In this document: positions 49,281 through 57,896 of the stretch, piece after piece | Position numbering within the stretch: the first letter of the stretch is position 1 | Layout: each line of letters opens with the position of its first letter | Source: Bacilli bacterium | GTDB lineage: Bacteria > Bacillota_I > Bacilli_A > RFN20 > CAG-826 | Length of the DNA stretch: 64,000 nucleotides | Assembly (NCBI GenBank): GCA_017651565.1 | Contig: JAGCCQ010000015.1 | Span: 2,034 to 66,033 of the forward strand | Direction: 5' to 3' | Made by a program: the position numbers and the translations under genes | The notes under the pieces: generated by a model | The model's database searches: none | What the model was told of the DNA's origin: nothing | Seen by the model: only the letters and a program-made list of their open reading frames with translations

Positions 49281-49395
49281 TATTTATGTACCTCTTTATG
49301 CCTCTAGTATGCACTATAATTGCTTCAATATCAAGATTTTAATTGCATATTTTTCAAAATAAAATGCGTATATATTTTTTTGTAGGATAAACCAT

Positions 49396-49440
49396 TAAAA
49401 TATAATTTTAATAAGACTAGAAAAAAGAACGATGGAATCT
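49396..49440 (-). terminator. rho-independent terminator after the GNAT gene
   Basis: Minus strand reads agaacgaagaattaagattccatcgttct followed by tttttct. Confidence 0.45.
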
Positions 49441-49483
49441 TAATTCTTCGTTCTTTTTCTCAAAATATCGAAAATTGACGTTT

Positions 49484-50008
49484 TCAGTCTAAATTATGCA
49501 GATAAACGTTCTCCATATATTCTTTATCGCCAACTTTTCTAAGCTTAGAATCTATTAATACGCAGCCCATATGTTTATAAAATTCATTAGTTTTATTATC
49601 TTTAAGGCATTGAACAATCATGCTTTTGTAGCCTAATTCTTTAATTCTATCTTTTGCGTAATCAAACATTATTTTGCCGTATCCATGTTTCTGAGCTTTC
49701 TTTAAAAGATAGATGCAATATAGTTCTCCAGCATCTTTATATCCATCAACCCTAGAGTCTCCTAACCCTATTACACCTACTGATTCATTATTAACATAAA
49801 GAATATAACGTTTATAATTAGGATCTTCTGATTTATATTTATCAAAAAGATTTACTTGTCTTTCTACGTTCTTTTCTAATTCATTTACAATCTTTTCTAA
49901 AAAAGAATCGTCAATAATGCCTTTATAAGTTTCAGTCCAAGACATAGTATTTACGTACATGAAGTCATAAATATCTTTCTTTTCAATTTCTTTAATCGAG
50001 TAAGCCAT
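49484..50008 (-). CDS. GNAT family N-acetyltransferase
   Basis: 174 aa; acetyl-CoA-binding motifs. Confidence 0.7.
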   Translation of the reverse strand: MAYSIKEIEKKDIYDFMYVNTMSWTETYKGIIDDSFLEKIVNELEKNVERQVNLFDKYKSEDPNYKRYILYVNNESVGVIGLGDSRVDGYKDAGELYCIYLLKKAQKHGYGKIMFDYAKDRIKELGYKSMIVQCLKDNKTNEFYKHMGCVLIDSKLRKVGDKEYMENVYLHNLD

Positions 50009-50075
50009 ATTAATCCTTATTAATTATTTAATATCTTACTTTAAAGAAATTACATTTGCTAATAAAATAAAAAAC

Positions 50076-50498
50076 ATGAAAAAAGTAATATTTGTATGTC
50101 ATGGCAATATCTGTAGGTCTCCTGCAGCGGAATACATAATGAAACATCTATCTAAAGAGTTTGATGTTTGTAGTAGAGCTACCTCATACGAAGAAATAGG
50201 AAATGATATCTACCCTCCTATGAAAAGAGAACTTTCTAGTCACGTGGTTCCTTATGGTAGACACTACGCTACTAGAATAACTAGAGAAGATTATGAAACA
50301 GCGGATTATATCTTTTATATGGATGATGAAAACGAATATAACTTACGTAGAATGTTTGGTGAATCTGGTAAAATACTTCCAATTTACAAATTCACTCCTA
50401 ATATCAACGAAATAGAAGATCCTTGGTATTCAGATAGATTTGATTTAGTTTTTAATCAAATATACCTTTGTATTCAAAACATAATTAAGAACATTTAA
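50076..50498 (+). CDS. low-molecular-weight protein-tyrosine phosphatase / arsenate-reductase-like
   Basis: CX5R P-loop VCHGNICRS at the N-terminus. Confidence 0.8.
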   Translation: MKKVIFVCHGNICRSPAAEYIMKHLSKEFDVCSRATSYEEIGNDIYPPMKRELSSHVVPYGRHYATRITREDYETADYIFYMDDENEYNLRRMFGESGKILPIYKFTPNINEIEDPWYSDRFDLVFNQIYLCIQNIIKNI

Positions 50499-50537
50499 AA
50501 AGCCTATTTGAAGAAAAGTTTCAAATAGGCTTTTTTT
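50498..50537. terminator. bidirectional rho-independent terminator between convergent genes
   Basis: aaaagcctatttgaa...ttcaaataggcttttttt. Confidence 0.65.
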
Positions 50538-50538
50538 A

Positions 50539-52053
50539 CTAACACTTAGGATTATCAACGTGTCCAACTAAGATAGGCACACCATTAATATCTTTAATAA
50601 TGTAAATAAATGGTTGATTTAAATCTACGTTAAGGGCGTTTCTAAAAGGTTCTGCACTCCTATCGCCACCCATAGCGCCCATAGATAGGCTCTTAACTAT
50701 TGAGCCATCTTCATTAAATTCAATTTCGTTTCTTTGCTTTGCTTGTTGTAAATAGAATCTTACACCTTCAGAACCCTCTTCTAAGAAAGCTTTATGGAAA
50801 GAGTCAATATTATTATCAAACATGTCTCCGAAACCTAGACTTTCAAAACAAGCTTTAAAATCTAGGTCTGATTTAGTCTTGAACTTAGGAGTTTTTAAAT
50901 TAACAAGAATTGGTTCATAATACTCATCATGTTTTGTAGAAACTTCTTTTTCTATATTTTCTTCGAATATATTAACGTTTCTTGTAAGATCAAAAATATT
51001 ATCTTTTGTATCCTTAGGAATAATATAAGTTACAGTTGCGTATCTATTCATATAAATATCTGAAAATGAGATATAAGAACCATAATCATAATATTTGTCC
51101 GTATAAAACTCATGTTGCATATAAGTAACTTGTGTAGTTGATCCATTAGACAAGTAGAAAGTATCTTCTATGTTAGTTTCAGATAAATATTTATAAGCCC
51201 ATGCATTTTTAAAATATAAAGTAGAGAAATAATATAAGACTGTATATTCATTTACTCCTAAGAATTTTTCATCAATAAATCCTTTAGTGTCCACTGCTTT
51301 TTCTACCCATTCAACGAGTTTGCTGCCATTTGTTTGTAAATCAGTTTCATAACATTCACAGTACATTTTAGATAATTTATTTATATAGTCAGGATTTGGA
51401 TCATAAGCGTTATCAAAGAAAGCTGCATTTTTAAGTTGTGTGGTGCTTTCTTGAGAAACGAAAGAATTTGCTTTCATAACTTTGCCATAAAAGTTAGTTC
51501 TGCTTTCTTCGTTTAATCCCAACAAGTTATCAAATTGAGTTTGTAAATCTTCTCTAGAAATAGCACCATATAGTTCATTTAAAATAGAATATAGTCCAAT
51601 GGTTGCATATGACATATTATCTGCTTTAGAAGAATTAACTAAAGAATGATATGTAGTATTAGAGAACTCATTAAATGCGTTTATTTCATTTTCAGCGAGT
51701 TCATTTTTTATCGGAGCATCACTATTTGGATAAGAAATGTCATTAAGTTTTCTTACTGAATTAGATTCTGCTAATGCACTTGCATTTACAGAAAGTCTTC
51801 TTCTTGCAGTTGTTACGCTTTCATTAATATTAATATTTGAAGCAATAGGAATTGCGACAACAGCTATTGCTATAGCAGAAAAGCTAACGATTCCAATAAT
51901 CTTTCCTCTTCTTTTTCTTCTTTCTTTGGCAAGACGAATTTCGTCTTCTCTTGTAAAAATATTAGGTTCTAATTGAGAAACATCGAAAGTTAAATTTACA
52001 TTATTATTAGATTCTTCAAAATCTTTTTTAAATTGTTCTTTTATCTTATTCAT
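50539..52053 (-). CDS. anti-sigma factor-like membrane protein with an extracytoplasmic serpin domain
   Basis: Overlaps the ECF sigma gene by 8 nt. A 55-aa cytoplasmic N-terminus precedes a single TM helix (IIGIVSFSAIAIAVVAIPIA). The 360-aa C-terminal region carries serpin signatures: YFSTLYFKNAWAYKY (serpin NAxYFKGxW) and NQPFIYIIKDINGVPILVGHVDNP (serpin PFLFxIR...LFxGxxxxP). Confidence 0.6.
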   Translation of the reverse strand: MNKIKEQFKKDFEESNNNVNLTFDVSQLEPNIFTREDEIRLAKERRKRRGKIIGIVSFSAIAIAVVAIPIASNININESVTTARRRLSVNASALAESNSVRKLNDISYPNSDAPIKNELAENEINAFNEFSNTTYHSLVNSSKADNMSYATIGLYSILNELYGAISREDLQTQFDNLLGLNEESRTNFYGKVMKANSFVSQESTTQLKNAAFFDNAYDPNPDYINKLSKMYCECYETDLQTNGSKLVEWVEKAVDTKGFIDEKFLGVNEYTVLYYFSTLYFKNAWAYKYLSETNIEDTFYLSNGSTTQVTYMQHEFYTDKYYDYGSYISFSDIYMNRYATVTYIIPKDTKDNIFDLTRNVNIFEENIEKEVSTKHDEYYEPILVNLKTPKFKTKSDLDFKACFESLGFGDMFDNNIDSFHKAFLEEGSEGVRFYLQQAKQRNEIEFNEDGSIVKSLSMGAMGGDRSAEPFRNALNVDLNQPFIYIIKDINGVPILVGHVDNPKC

Positions 52054-52573
52054 TGAAACTACCTCCGTAAAAATCACGAAGTTTATATATTCCGCGTTGA
52101 TATTTAGAGGAAACTTGAGATGTAGTTAGATTATTAGCTATAGCGATCTCTTTAAATTTAAATCCATAAATTAGATGTAAGACTAAATACTGATATTCTT
52201 CTTCATCTAATACTTCTTTAAAATTTTCTAGATAGATGGAAAGATTATCGCTATCGGCTTTTCCCTCTATATTATCGGAATATGCGAGATGGTCTTTATT
52301 TTGGTTATAACGATTAATTGAAAGGTTTTTGGCAGTGACAAGTAAGAAATATTTAAGTTTACTTTCATTATCAAAATTGCCTCTATTTTCATACATCTTT
52401 AAGAAAGTCTCATTTACTATGTCTTTAGCTTCTTCTTCAGACTTTAAAATGTCATAAGAAACGTAATAGACAAGATAACGATACTTATCAAAGACAATGT
52501 TAAAAGCTTCATTCATTTCATTAACTGAAGTTGAACATAACTTTTTTAAAATCGAATAGCCAATCTTTTCCAT
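52046..52573 (-). CDS. ECF (group 4) RNA polymerase sigma factor
   Basis: Region 2 (DIVNETFLKMYENRGNF, LLVTAKNLSINRY) and region 4 (EIAIANNLTTSQVSSKYQRGIYKLR). Confidence 0.8.
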   Translation of the reverse strand: MEKIGYSILKKLCSTSVNEMNEAFNIVFDKYRYLVYYVSYDILKSEEEAKDIVNETFLKMYENRGNFDNESKLKYFLLVTAKNLSINRYNQNKDHLAYSDNIEGKADSDNLSIYLENFKEVLDEEEYQYLVLHLIYGFKFKEIAIANNLTTSQVSSKYQRGIYKLRDFYGGSFNE

Positions 52574-52620
52574 CTCAATAAATAAAACAATTAAAACAAT
52601 CGTTTTTGTCGAAATTTCTT

Positions 52621-53112
52621 TTAATAATCAAATTTATTATTTCCGATATCTATTTTTGTTTTAGTTTTTTCACCCTTAAAAGGTTTTCTAATTTCAATAA
52701 GATTAAGAACTGAATATCCTTTAGACTTTAGAAAATTAATCATTCTATCGTTATTTGGATGGACATAATTAAACATAGTATCTCCACCTAGATTAGTAGA
52801 ATATTCTTCTGCTTTATCGTAAAGCATAGAACCAACACCTTTATTTCTATATTCTTCTGAAACAAAAATATGTTCTACCCAAACTACTCCTTGAACCTTT
52901 AATAAAACATATCCAATAACTTTATCATCATCAATTGCAATATAGAGAGGAAATTTTTCATCGAGATATTGTTGTAATTCATCTTTTGCATCTTCTACAT
53001 CAGGAGAAGTATTTTCTCCTTTAAAGCTTCTCAAAATAACACGAAAATCCGCTAGTAAATTAGCGACATCATTAAAATATTTGTCTTCATATGCAATTAC
53101 TATCATTTCCAA
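52621..53112 (-). CDS. GNAT family N-acetyltransferase
   Basis: 163 aa. Confidence 0.7.
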   Translation of the reverse strand: MEMIVIAYEDKYFNDVANLLADFRVILRSFKGENTSPDVEDAKDELQQYLDEKFPLYIAIDDDKVIGYVLLKVQGVVWVEHIFVSEEYRNKGVGSMLYDKAEEYSTNLGGDTMFNYVHPNNDRMINFLKSKGYSVLNLIEIRKPFKGEKTKTKIDIGNNKFDY

Positions 53113-53131
53113 TACCCCCTTTATTTATTTA

Positions 53132-53419
53132 TTATTTTAAATCCTTATAAATAGATATAACTAATTCTGCGATTTCATCTGAATCTTCAGAATCCACTAA
53201 TAACATTGGTTTAGCTCCAGGATATGGGATTTCTTCTTTTAATTCACTATCTATTAAGGATTTAGTTTTCTTGATTAGAAATTTATCATCATAGACACCA
53301 CCAAAAAGAACTCCGTCCTTATAGAGCATATATTCACCCATCATTTTCTTATACGTAATATTGCTTACTTCTCTAAGCAAATCTAAAACATAATTTAAAT
53401 AATATAAAGAACTTGCCAT
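53132..53419 (-). CDS. TfoX N-terminal domain-like small protein
   Basis: GEYMLYKDGVLFGGVYDDKFLIK resembles the TfoX_N core. Confidence 0.4.
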   Translation of the reverse strand: MASSLYYLNYVLDLLREVSNITYKKMMGEYMLYKDGVLFGGVYDDKFLIKKTKSLIDSELKEEIPYPGAKPMLLVDSEDSDEIAELVISIYKDLK

Positions 53420-53422
53420 AAA

Positions 53423-54184
53423 TTAATAATCAGCTTCAAAGAATGCCCAAGAATATTGGATTAAATATTCACCACGATACATTCTAATCGCATCTGGATT
53501 ATTGTTTTTATATTCATATGCATCGCATTCTACTTTGCTTGTATCGATTGCGTAGCCATTATGATTCTTAACAAAGACATCTTCGCAGTCAATTGCCTTC
53601 AACGTTTTTTGAATATCAGAAAGAAGGTTTCTTAAATAAGACTTATGATCTTCTTCCCACATAACAGCGTTTAATTCATTAACGTTAACCATTGATCCTT
53701 CTCTATCTACTAAATATGCAAATACTTCCTTAGATTTAGAATATGAGAAACGTAATGGTTTGCCATCATAAAATACTTCGAAATTGCCAAAACATTTGAT
53801 TTTTAATTTCTTAGTAGTATGTAACTCGATTGGATATCTTAATCCATCTACTTCTTTTTGAACTTTACTTTCGTTGACAGGTTTAGAAATATAACCAGAT
53901 GCATGAATTTGTATTGCATCAATTGCGTAATTATCATAAGCAGTAACGAAAATAATGTTGATTTTAGGATTAATGCTCTTTAACTTCTTAGCGAGCATAA
54001 CGCCGTTTAATCCAGGCATTTCAATATCAAGAAAAGCGATATCTATTTGATTGTTTTTATTTTCCTCAAGAGCCTTGAGCGGATTAGTATACGCTACTAC
54101 TTCTGAGTCTTTTAAAACATTTTTGACAGACTCCTCTAATCTGAGTAATTGTAACTTTTCATCATCTACTACTAAAATTTTCAT
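53423..54184 (-). CDS. LytTR-family response regulator
   Basis: REC domain (MKILVVDDE...D53) plus a C-terminal LytTR DNA-binding domain. Confidence 0.85.
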   Translation of the reverse strand: MKILVVDDEKLQLLRLEESVKNVLKDSEVVAYTNPLKALEENKNNQIDIAFLDIEMPGLNGVMLAKKLKSINPKINIIFVTAYDNYAIDAIQIHASGYISKPVNESKVQKEVDGLRYPIELHTTKKLKIKCFGNFEVFYDGKPLRFSYSKSKEVFAYLVDREGSMVNVNELNAVMWEEDHKSYLRNLLSDIQKTLKAIDCEDVFVKNHNGYAIDTSKVECDAYEYKNNNPDAIRMYRGEYLIQYSWAFFEADY

Positions 54185-54187
54185 ACC

Positions 54188-55462
54188 CTACTTATAAAAT
54201 AACACAGTTACTTTAGTCCCCTTATCTTTTTCGCTTTCTATCTTCATTTCCCCTTTGCACATTGAAGAAATACGATATTTAACATTATTAATTCCATAAT
54301 GATTTGTAGGTCCTATATTATTTGAATCAAACCCAACACCATCATCACTTATTTCTACTATATTAGCATCTTTGCTATCATAAACTTTAATAGTTACTGT
54401 TCCACCCTCAATTTTCTTTAATATACCATGCTTTACAGCGTTTTCTACAATTGGCTGTAAAGATAAAGGAGGAACAATAAAATCCTTTTTCTTAATATCA
54501 TAGATAACACTTAATCTATCATCAAATCTCATCTTTTCTAATTCAAGATAAGTTTCAATATGTCTAAGTTCATCACTAAATGAAATTAATCCTGTATCGG
54601 TTAAACAAGCAAAATTTGCTCTTAAATATTCTGTAAAAGCATCTAATCCTTCTTGAGCTTTATCTGGATTAATCTTAATTAATGTAGAAATAGAAGCCAG
54701 AACATTATAGATAAAATGTGGTTGAATTTGTGACATCATAATTCTAATTTCTGCTTCTCGATTCTTTTTTTCTTCCTCTGAAAGCATCCTACTTTTCCTC
54801 ATATCTAGGAATAAGAAGAAAATTTCAGCAGTGAAAACAATTGATAGATATCCAAATGCATACCCTTCAAAAACATCCTGAAGAATAATAGCTGCTAGAG
54901 GAATCAAACAATATGATGTAAAAGCAAGTTTTTCTAGTTTAGTTAAATGGTGACTAGATATAGCTAAAAAGAGAACAATTCCAAATGCTACTGCTTGATA
55001 TCCTTGAGATAAAAAGAAAACTTTTGTTCTAGTATAATTTCCATTAACAGAATAAAAGAACATATGATTAAAAATGTTAATAATATCTAAAAGTACAAAT
55101 ATACCAAATAAGGTAAGATTAATGATTATTGTAGTTTTAAAAACTTTTCGTTTAGTAGGAATATATGAAACAGTATATGCAAAGAGTAACAATAACTCTC
55201 CATTATTCATAATGAATAATATCGTGTTGAAACACATTGTCAAAGCATCGTTATTATAATAAATGTTTAGTATGGTGAACATTAACTGCAATATAAGTAA
55301 AACAATTGTAAAAATAGCAAAAACTAAAAGATTTTTCTCATCTCCTCTTTTTGCCTTTTTAAATCCCGCATAAACAACATGGGCAAGCAAAAAGGAAATA
55401 CCAAAAATACATACCAAAGAGTTAAATATTGTTTTGCCGTCCATGTAACTATTATCACACAA
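54188..55462 (-). CDS. LytS/YehU-type sensor histidine kinase
   Basis: Six TM N-terminal region; His_kinase H-box HFIYNVLASI; GHKL ATPase. Confidence 0.8.
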   Translation of the reverse strand: MCDNSYMDGKTIFNSLVCIFGISFLLAHVVYAGFKKAKRGDEKNLLVFAIFTIVLLILQLMFTILNIYYNNDALTMCFNTILFIMNNGELLLLFAYTVSYIPTKRKVFKTTIIINLTLFGIFVLLDIINIFNHMFFYSVNGNYTRTKVFFLSQGYQAVAFGIVLFLAISSHHLTKLEKLAFTSYCLIPLAAIILQDVFEGYAFGYLSIVFTAEIFFLFLDMRKSRMLSEEEKKNREAEIRIMMSQIQPHFIYNVLASISTLIKINPDKAQEGLDAFTEYLRANFACLTDTGLISFSDELRHIETYLELEKMRFDDRLSVIYDIKKKDFIVPPLSLQPIVENAVKHGILKKIEGGTVTIKVYDSKDANIVEISDDGVGFDSNNIGPTNHYGINNVKYRISSMCKGEMKIESEKDKGTKVTVLFYK

Positions 55463-55541
55463 CTCTTCAATACACAGGTATGATAAATAGTAATTTTTAT
55501 CTATTTATGTAAAAGTCCGTCATAAGACGAACCTTTATAAC

Positions 55542-56489
55542 TTATTTAATTAATTCAACTGTTCCACCTTTAAGAACAACCATTTTTACTGCTTGAAGCG
55601 AATAATCCTGTAATTTTAAATGCAATTTCTTTCCTAGTTTCCCTCTAGCCATTACTTTTACATGTCCAACGCTAGATGGAATTATCTTTTTATCTAATAA
55701 AGCTTCAATATCAACAATATCGCCATCTTGAAAATTTTCACATATGGTGTCAATACTTACAGTGCATTTTTTGCCGTTACGCTTTTTGTTCATTACCTTT
55801 TCAGAAATATGACCTGCAGCCACTTCATCACTCATCTTTTGATCTGCTTCTTCAACAGAGATTGATTCTTCGATTTTTTTAGAAGATAAAACTCTAGTTT
55901 TAAATTCTTTTATTAATCCGTTGGAAAGTAAAGAACATGTATCTTCGTAAGGAACATAGAAATCTTTTGTACATAAGAATCCTTTAGAAATATGCAATTT
56001 TCTCATTACGATATCGATTAATTCTTTAGCGTATTCACATCTTCTATCGTTTTTAATTCTATATAAGCAGGGAGTGTCTTCGTATCTCTTGCCCCTAATC
56101 ATTTCAACTTTATATTTGTCATCAACTTCAAATAAAGGATAATAAATGCCTAATGTTTTTCCTCTAATAGTAAATCTCAATATATGTTCTTTTCCTGCAT
56201 TAATTGCTTCATAATGCCAGGAAGTTCTTGCAGTAGTATTTTGATATGAAAGGGCATGTTTTTTTATTGTGTTGTAATATTCTTTTACTTCGTCACTACT
56301 TTGGGAAAGTTTTGCCATGAAAGATTTTATGAATTTGATCTGCAATAGATTACCGTTATCATCTGTAACAGTAATTATTGCGTCGTCATCATAAATTACT
56401 TCGGATATTTTTTCTTCCATAATTGTCCTCCCAAAGTACAGACACACATAAAAACATGTTTTTATATGGTAGATAATACAAGAGGACAT
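55542..56489 (-). CDS. protein of unknown function with a C-terminal ribosomal uL15 (L15/L27A) domain
   Basis: C-terminal about 70 aa (DIVDIEALLDKKII...HVKVMARGKLGKKLHLKLQDYSLQAVKMVVLKGGTVELI) aligns with the bacterial RplO C-terminus (VTPELLLETGVI...[39 protein letters not shown]). The N-terminal 240 aa are novel. The probable start is MEEKIS at 56420. Confidence 0.5.
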   Translation of the reverse strand: MSSCIIYHIKTCFYVCLYFGRTIMEEKISEVIYDDDAIITVTDDNGNLLQIKFIKSFMAKLSQSSDEVKEYYNTIKKHALSYQNTTARTSWHYEAINAGKEHILRFTIRGKTLGIYYPLFEVDDKYKVEMIRGKRYEDTPCLYRIKNDRRCEYAKELIDIVMRKLHISKGFLCTKDFYVPYEDTCSLLSNGLIKEFKTRVLSSKKIEESISVEEADQKMSDEVAAGHISEKVMNKKRNGKKCTVSIDTICENFQDGDIVDIEALLDKKIIPSSVGHVKVMARGKLGKKLHLKLQDYSLQAVKMVVLKGGTVELIK

Positions 56490-56591
56490 GTCACAAAAGT
56501 GCCACTAAATAACTAAATTTAACTATTTTTTATTTAATTAGTAAATTTTGTAAAGAAAAACAGCAGATTTCTCTACTGTTGTTTTTAAGTT

Positions 56592-56668
56592 TGGGGCGAG
56601 TAACAGGAGTCGCACCTGCCAGTGTCTGGTTCACAGCCAGATGTGTTAACTGCTTCACCATACTCGCC
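56592..56668 (-). tRNA. tRNA-His (anticodon GTG) with genomically encoded G-1
   Basis: G(-1)GCGAGTA...TCTGG-CTGTGAA-CCAGA...TACTCGC-C73-CCA; G-1:C73 His identity; perfect 7-bp acceptor stem. Followed by a hairpin plus T-run terminator at about 56548..56585. Confidence 0.75.
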
Positions 56669-56750
56669 AACTGCGATAATTATATTAACTAATATAAGAA
56701 TATTTGTAAAGAAAAAACGACTGCATCGTAATTCTTTCTAAATAATGTAT

Positions 56751-57314
56751 CTAACTTTGACCATTTGCTAATAAAAATCCTGCAAAAATAGACGCAATTG
56801 CAAATATAACTGCACAAACAATAATCTTAATCATTCGTCTCTTTTTAATGCGATTATTATTTAACTCATTATTAAATTCAAGTATAGACCAGACTAATCC
56901 AATCAGAATTAATGCACCACCAATGTATAAAACATACCAGAATGATTTACTTAAAATAATCAAAGCGTCTTGCTGCACTCCATCTTGGTCAAGAAATAGA
57001 AACGTTCCATAAACAGAACCCGCAAAGCTTTTAAAGCCATCACTTGTCCAGATTAATCCTAATGTCAATATTGTTGGAGCAAAAACAACAATAAACACCA
57101 CCATTAGCATACAAAGCCATATAAAAATCAATGCAATTGGTGCAATAGCATGAACCACCATAACTAAAGTGGCTATAATTGAAAACACTACAAAAATACT
57201 TACAGGAGAAAATTTCTTCTTTGAACCATTATCTAAAAGGGGCCCATTATTTGAGGCCCCTGAATTATCAGTATTTTGGGATGTATCGAAATCTGATTTA
57301 AATTTTATCGCCAT
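56751..57314 (-). CDS. hypothetical membrane protein
   Basis: 187 aa, four TM helices. Confidence 0.4.
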   Translation of the reverse strand: MAIKFKSDFDTSQNTDNSGASNNGPLLDNGSKKKFSPVSIFVVFSIIATLVMVVHAIAPIALIFIWLCMLMVVFIVVFAPTILTLGLIWTSDGFKSFAGSVYGTFLFLDQDGVQQDALIILSKSFWYVLYIGGALILIGLVWSILEFNNELNNNRIKKRRMIKIIVCAVIFAIASIFAGFLLANGQS

Positions 57315-57818
57315 TTAACTATTGTTTGCTTTTCTTGCTTGATCTTGGATGTTATCGATAGCAATAACCATTGCTACTAAAATAGCAGCATCCTCAGGAT
57401 CGTTAACAGTTACATTAAATGTATCTGTCCATTGGACATAAGGACGTTTAATATGTCCTATTTCTTTTCCGCCCATTGTAATACTCATATCAAAGCCTAA
57501 ACCAACAGGACCATTAGCAACAACCTTAATTTCTTCTTGCGCTCCTTCGATTGTATAGCTTTGTCTGATTCTGAAGTCTCTAATGACTCTAGCTACGAGT
57601 TTTTTATTAGCATCATAAATTAATGCTTTTCTCTTGATGAAAAACCAGAATTTGTTTCTAACCATAAATAGTCTTTTACCATTTAAGTCTTTAACAAATT
57701 TCTTCTTGGTAATGCTGAAGCATTTTCCTTTTATAGCAAAAGCATCAGCGCCGTTTTCGTCTAAAACCTTACTCGAACCACCGAGTGAGAAAAACTTATT
57801 CTTAACAACTAATTCCAT
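57315..57818 (-). CDS. LURP-one-related/YxjI (tubby-like fold) family protein
   Basis: 167 aa; family-typical repeated F..K/R..L.D..G pattern. Confidence 0.5.
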   Translation of the reverse strand: MELVVKNKFFSLGGSSKVLDENGADAFAIKGKCFSITKKKFVKDLNGKRLFMVRNKFWFFIKRKALIYDANKKLVARVIRDFRIRQSYTIEGAQEEIKVVANGPVGLGFDMSITMGGKEIGHIKRPYVQWTDTFNVTVNDPEDAAILVAMVIAIDNIQDQARKANNS

Positions 57819-57896
57819 ATTTTTACTTTATCATGAGTTAAATAAAACCGCTACACAAAACGTGTAACGGTATTTTATAAGGATATAAATAGGCAA

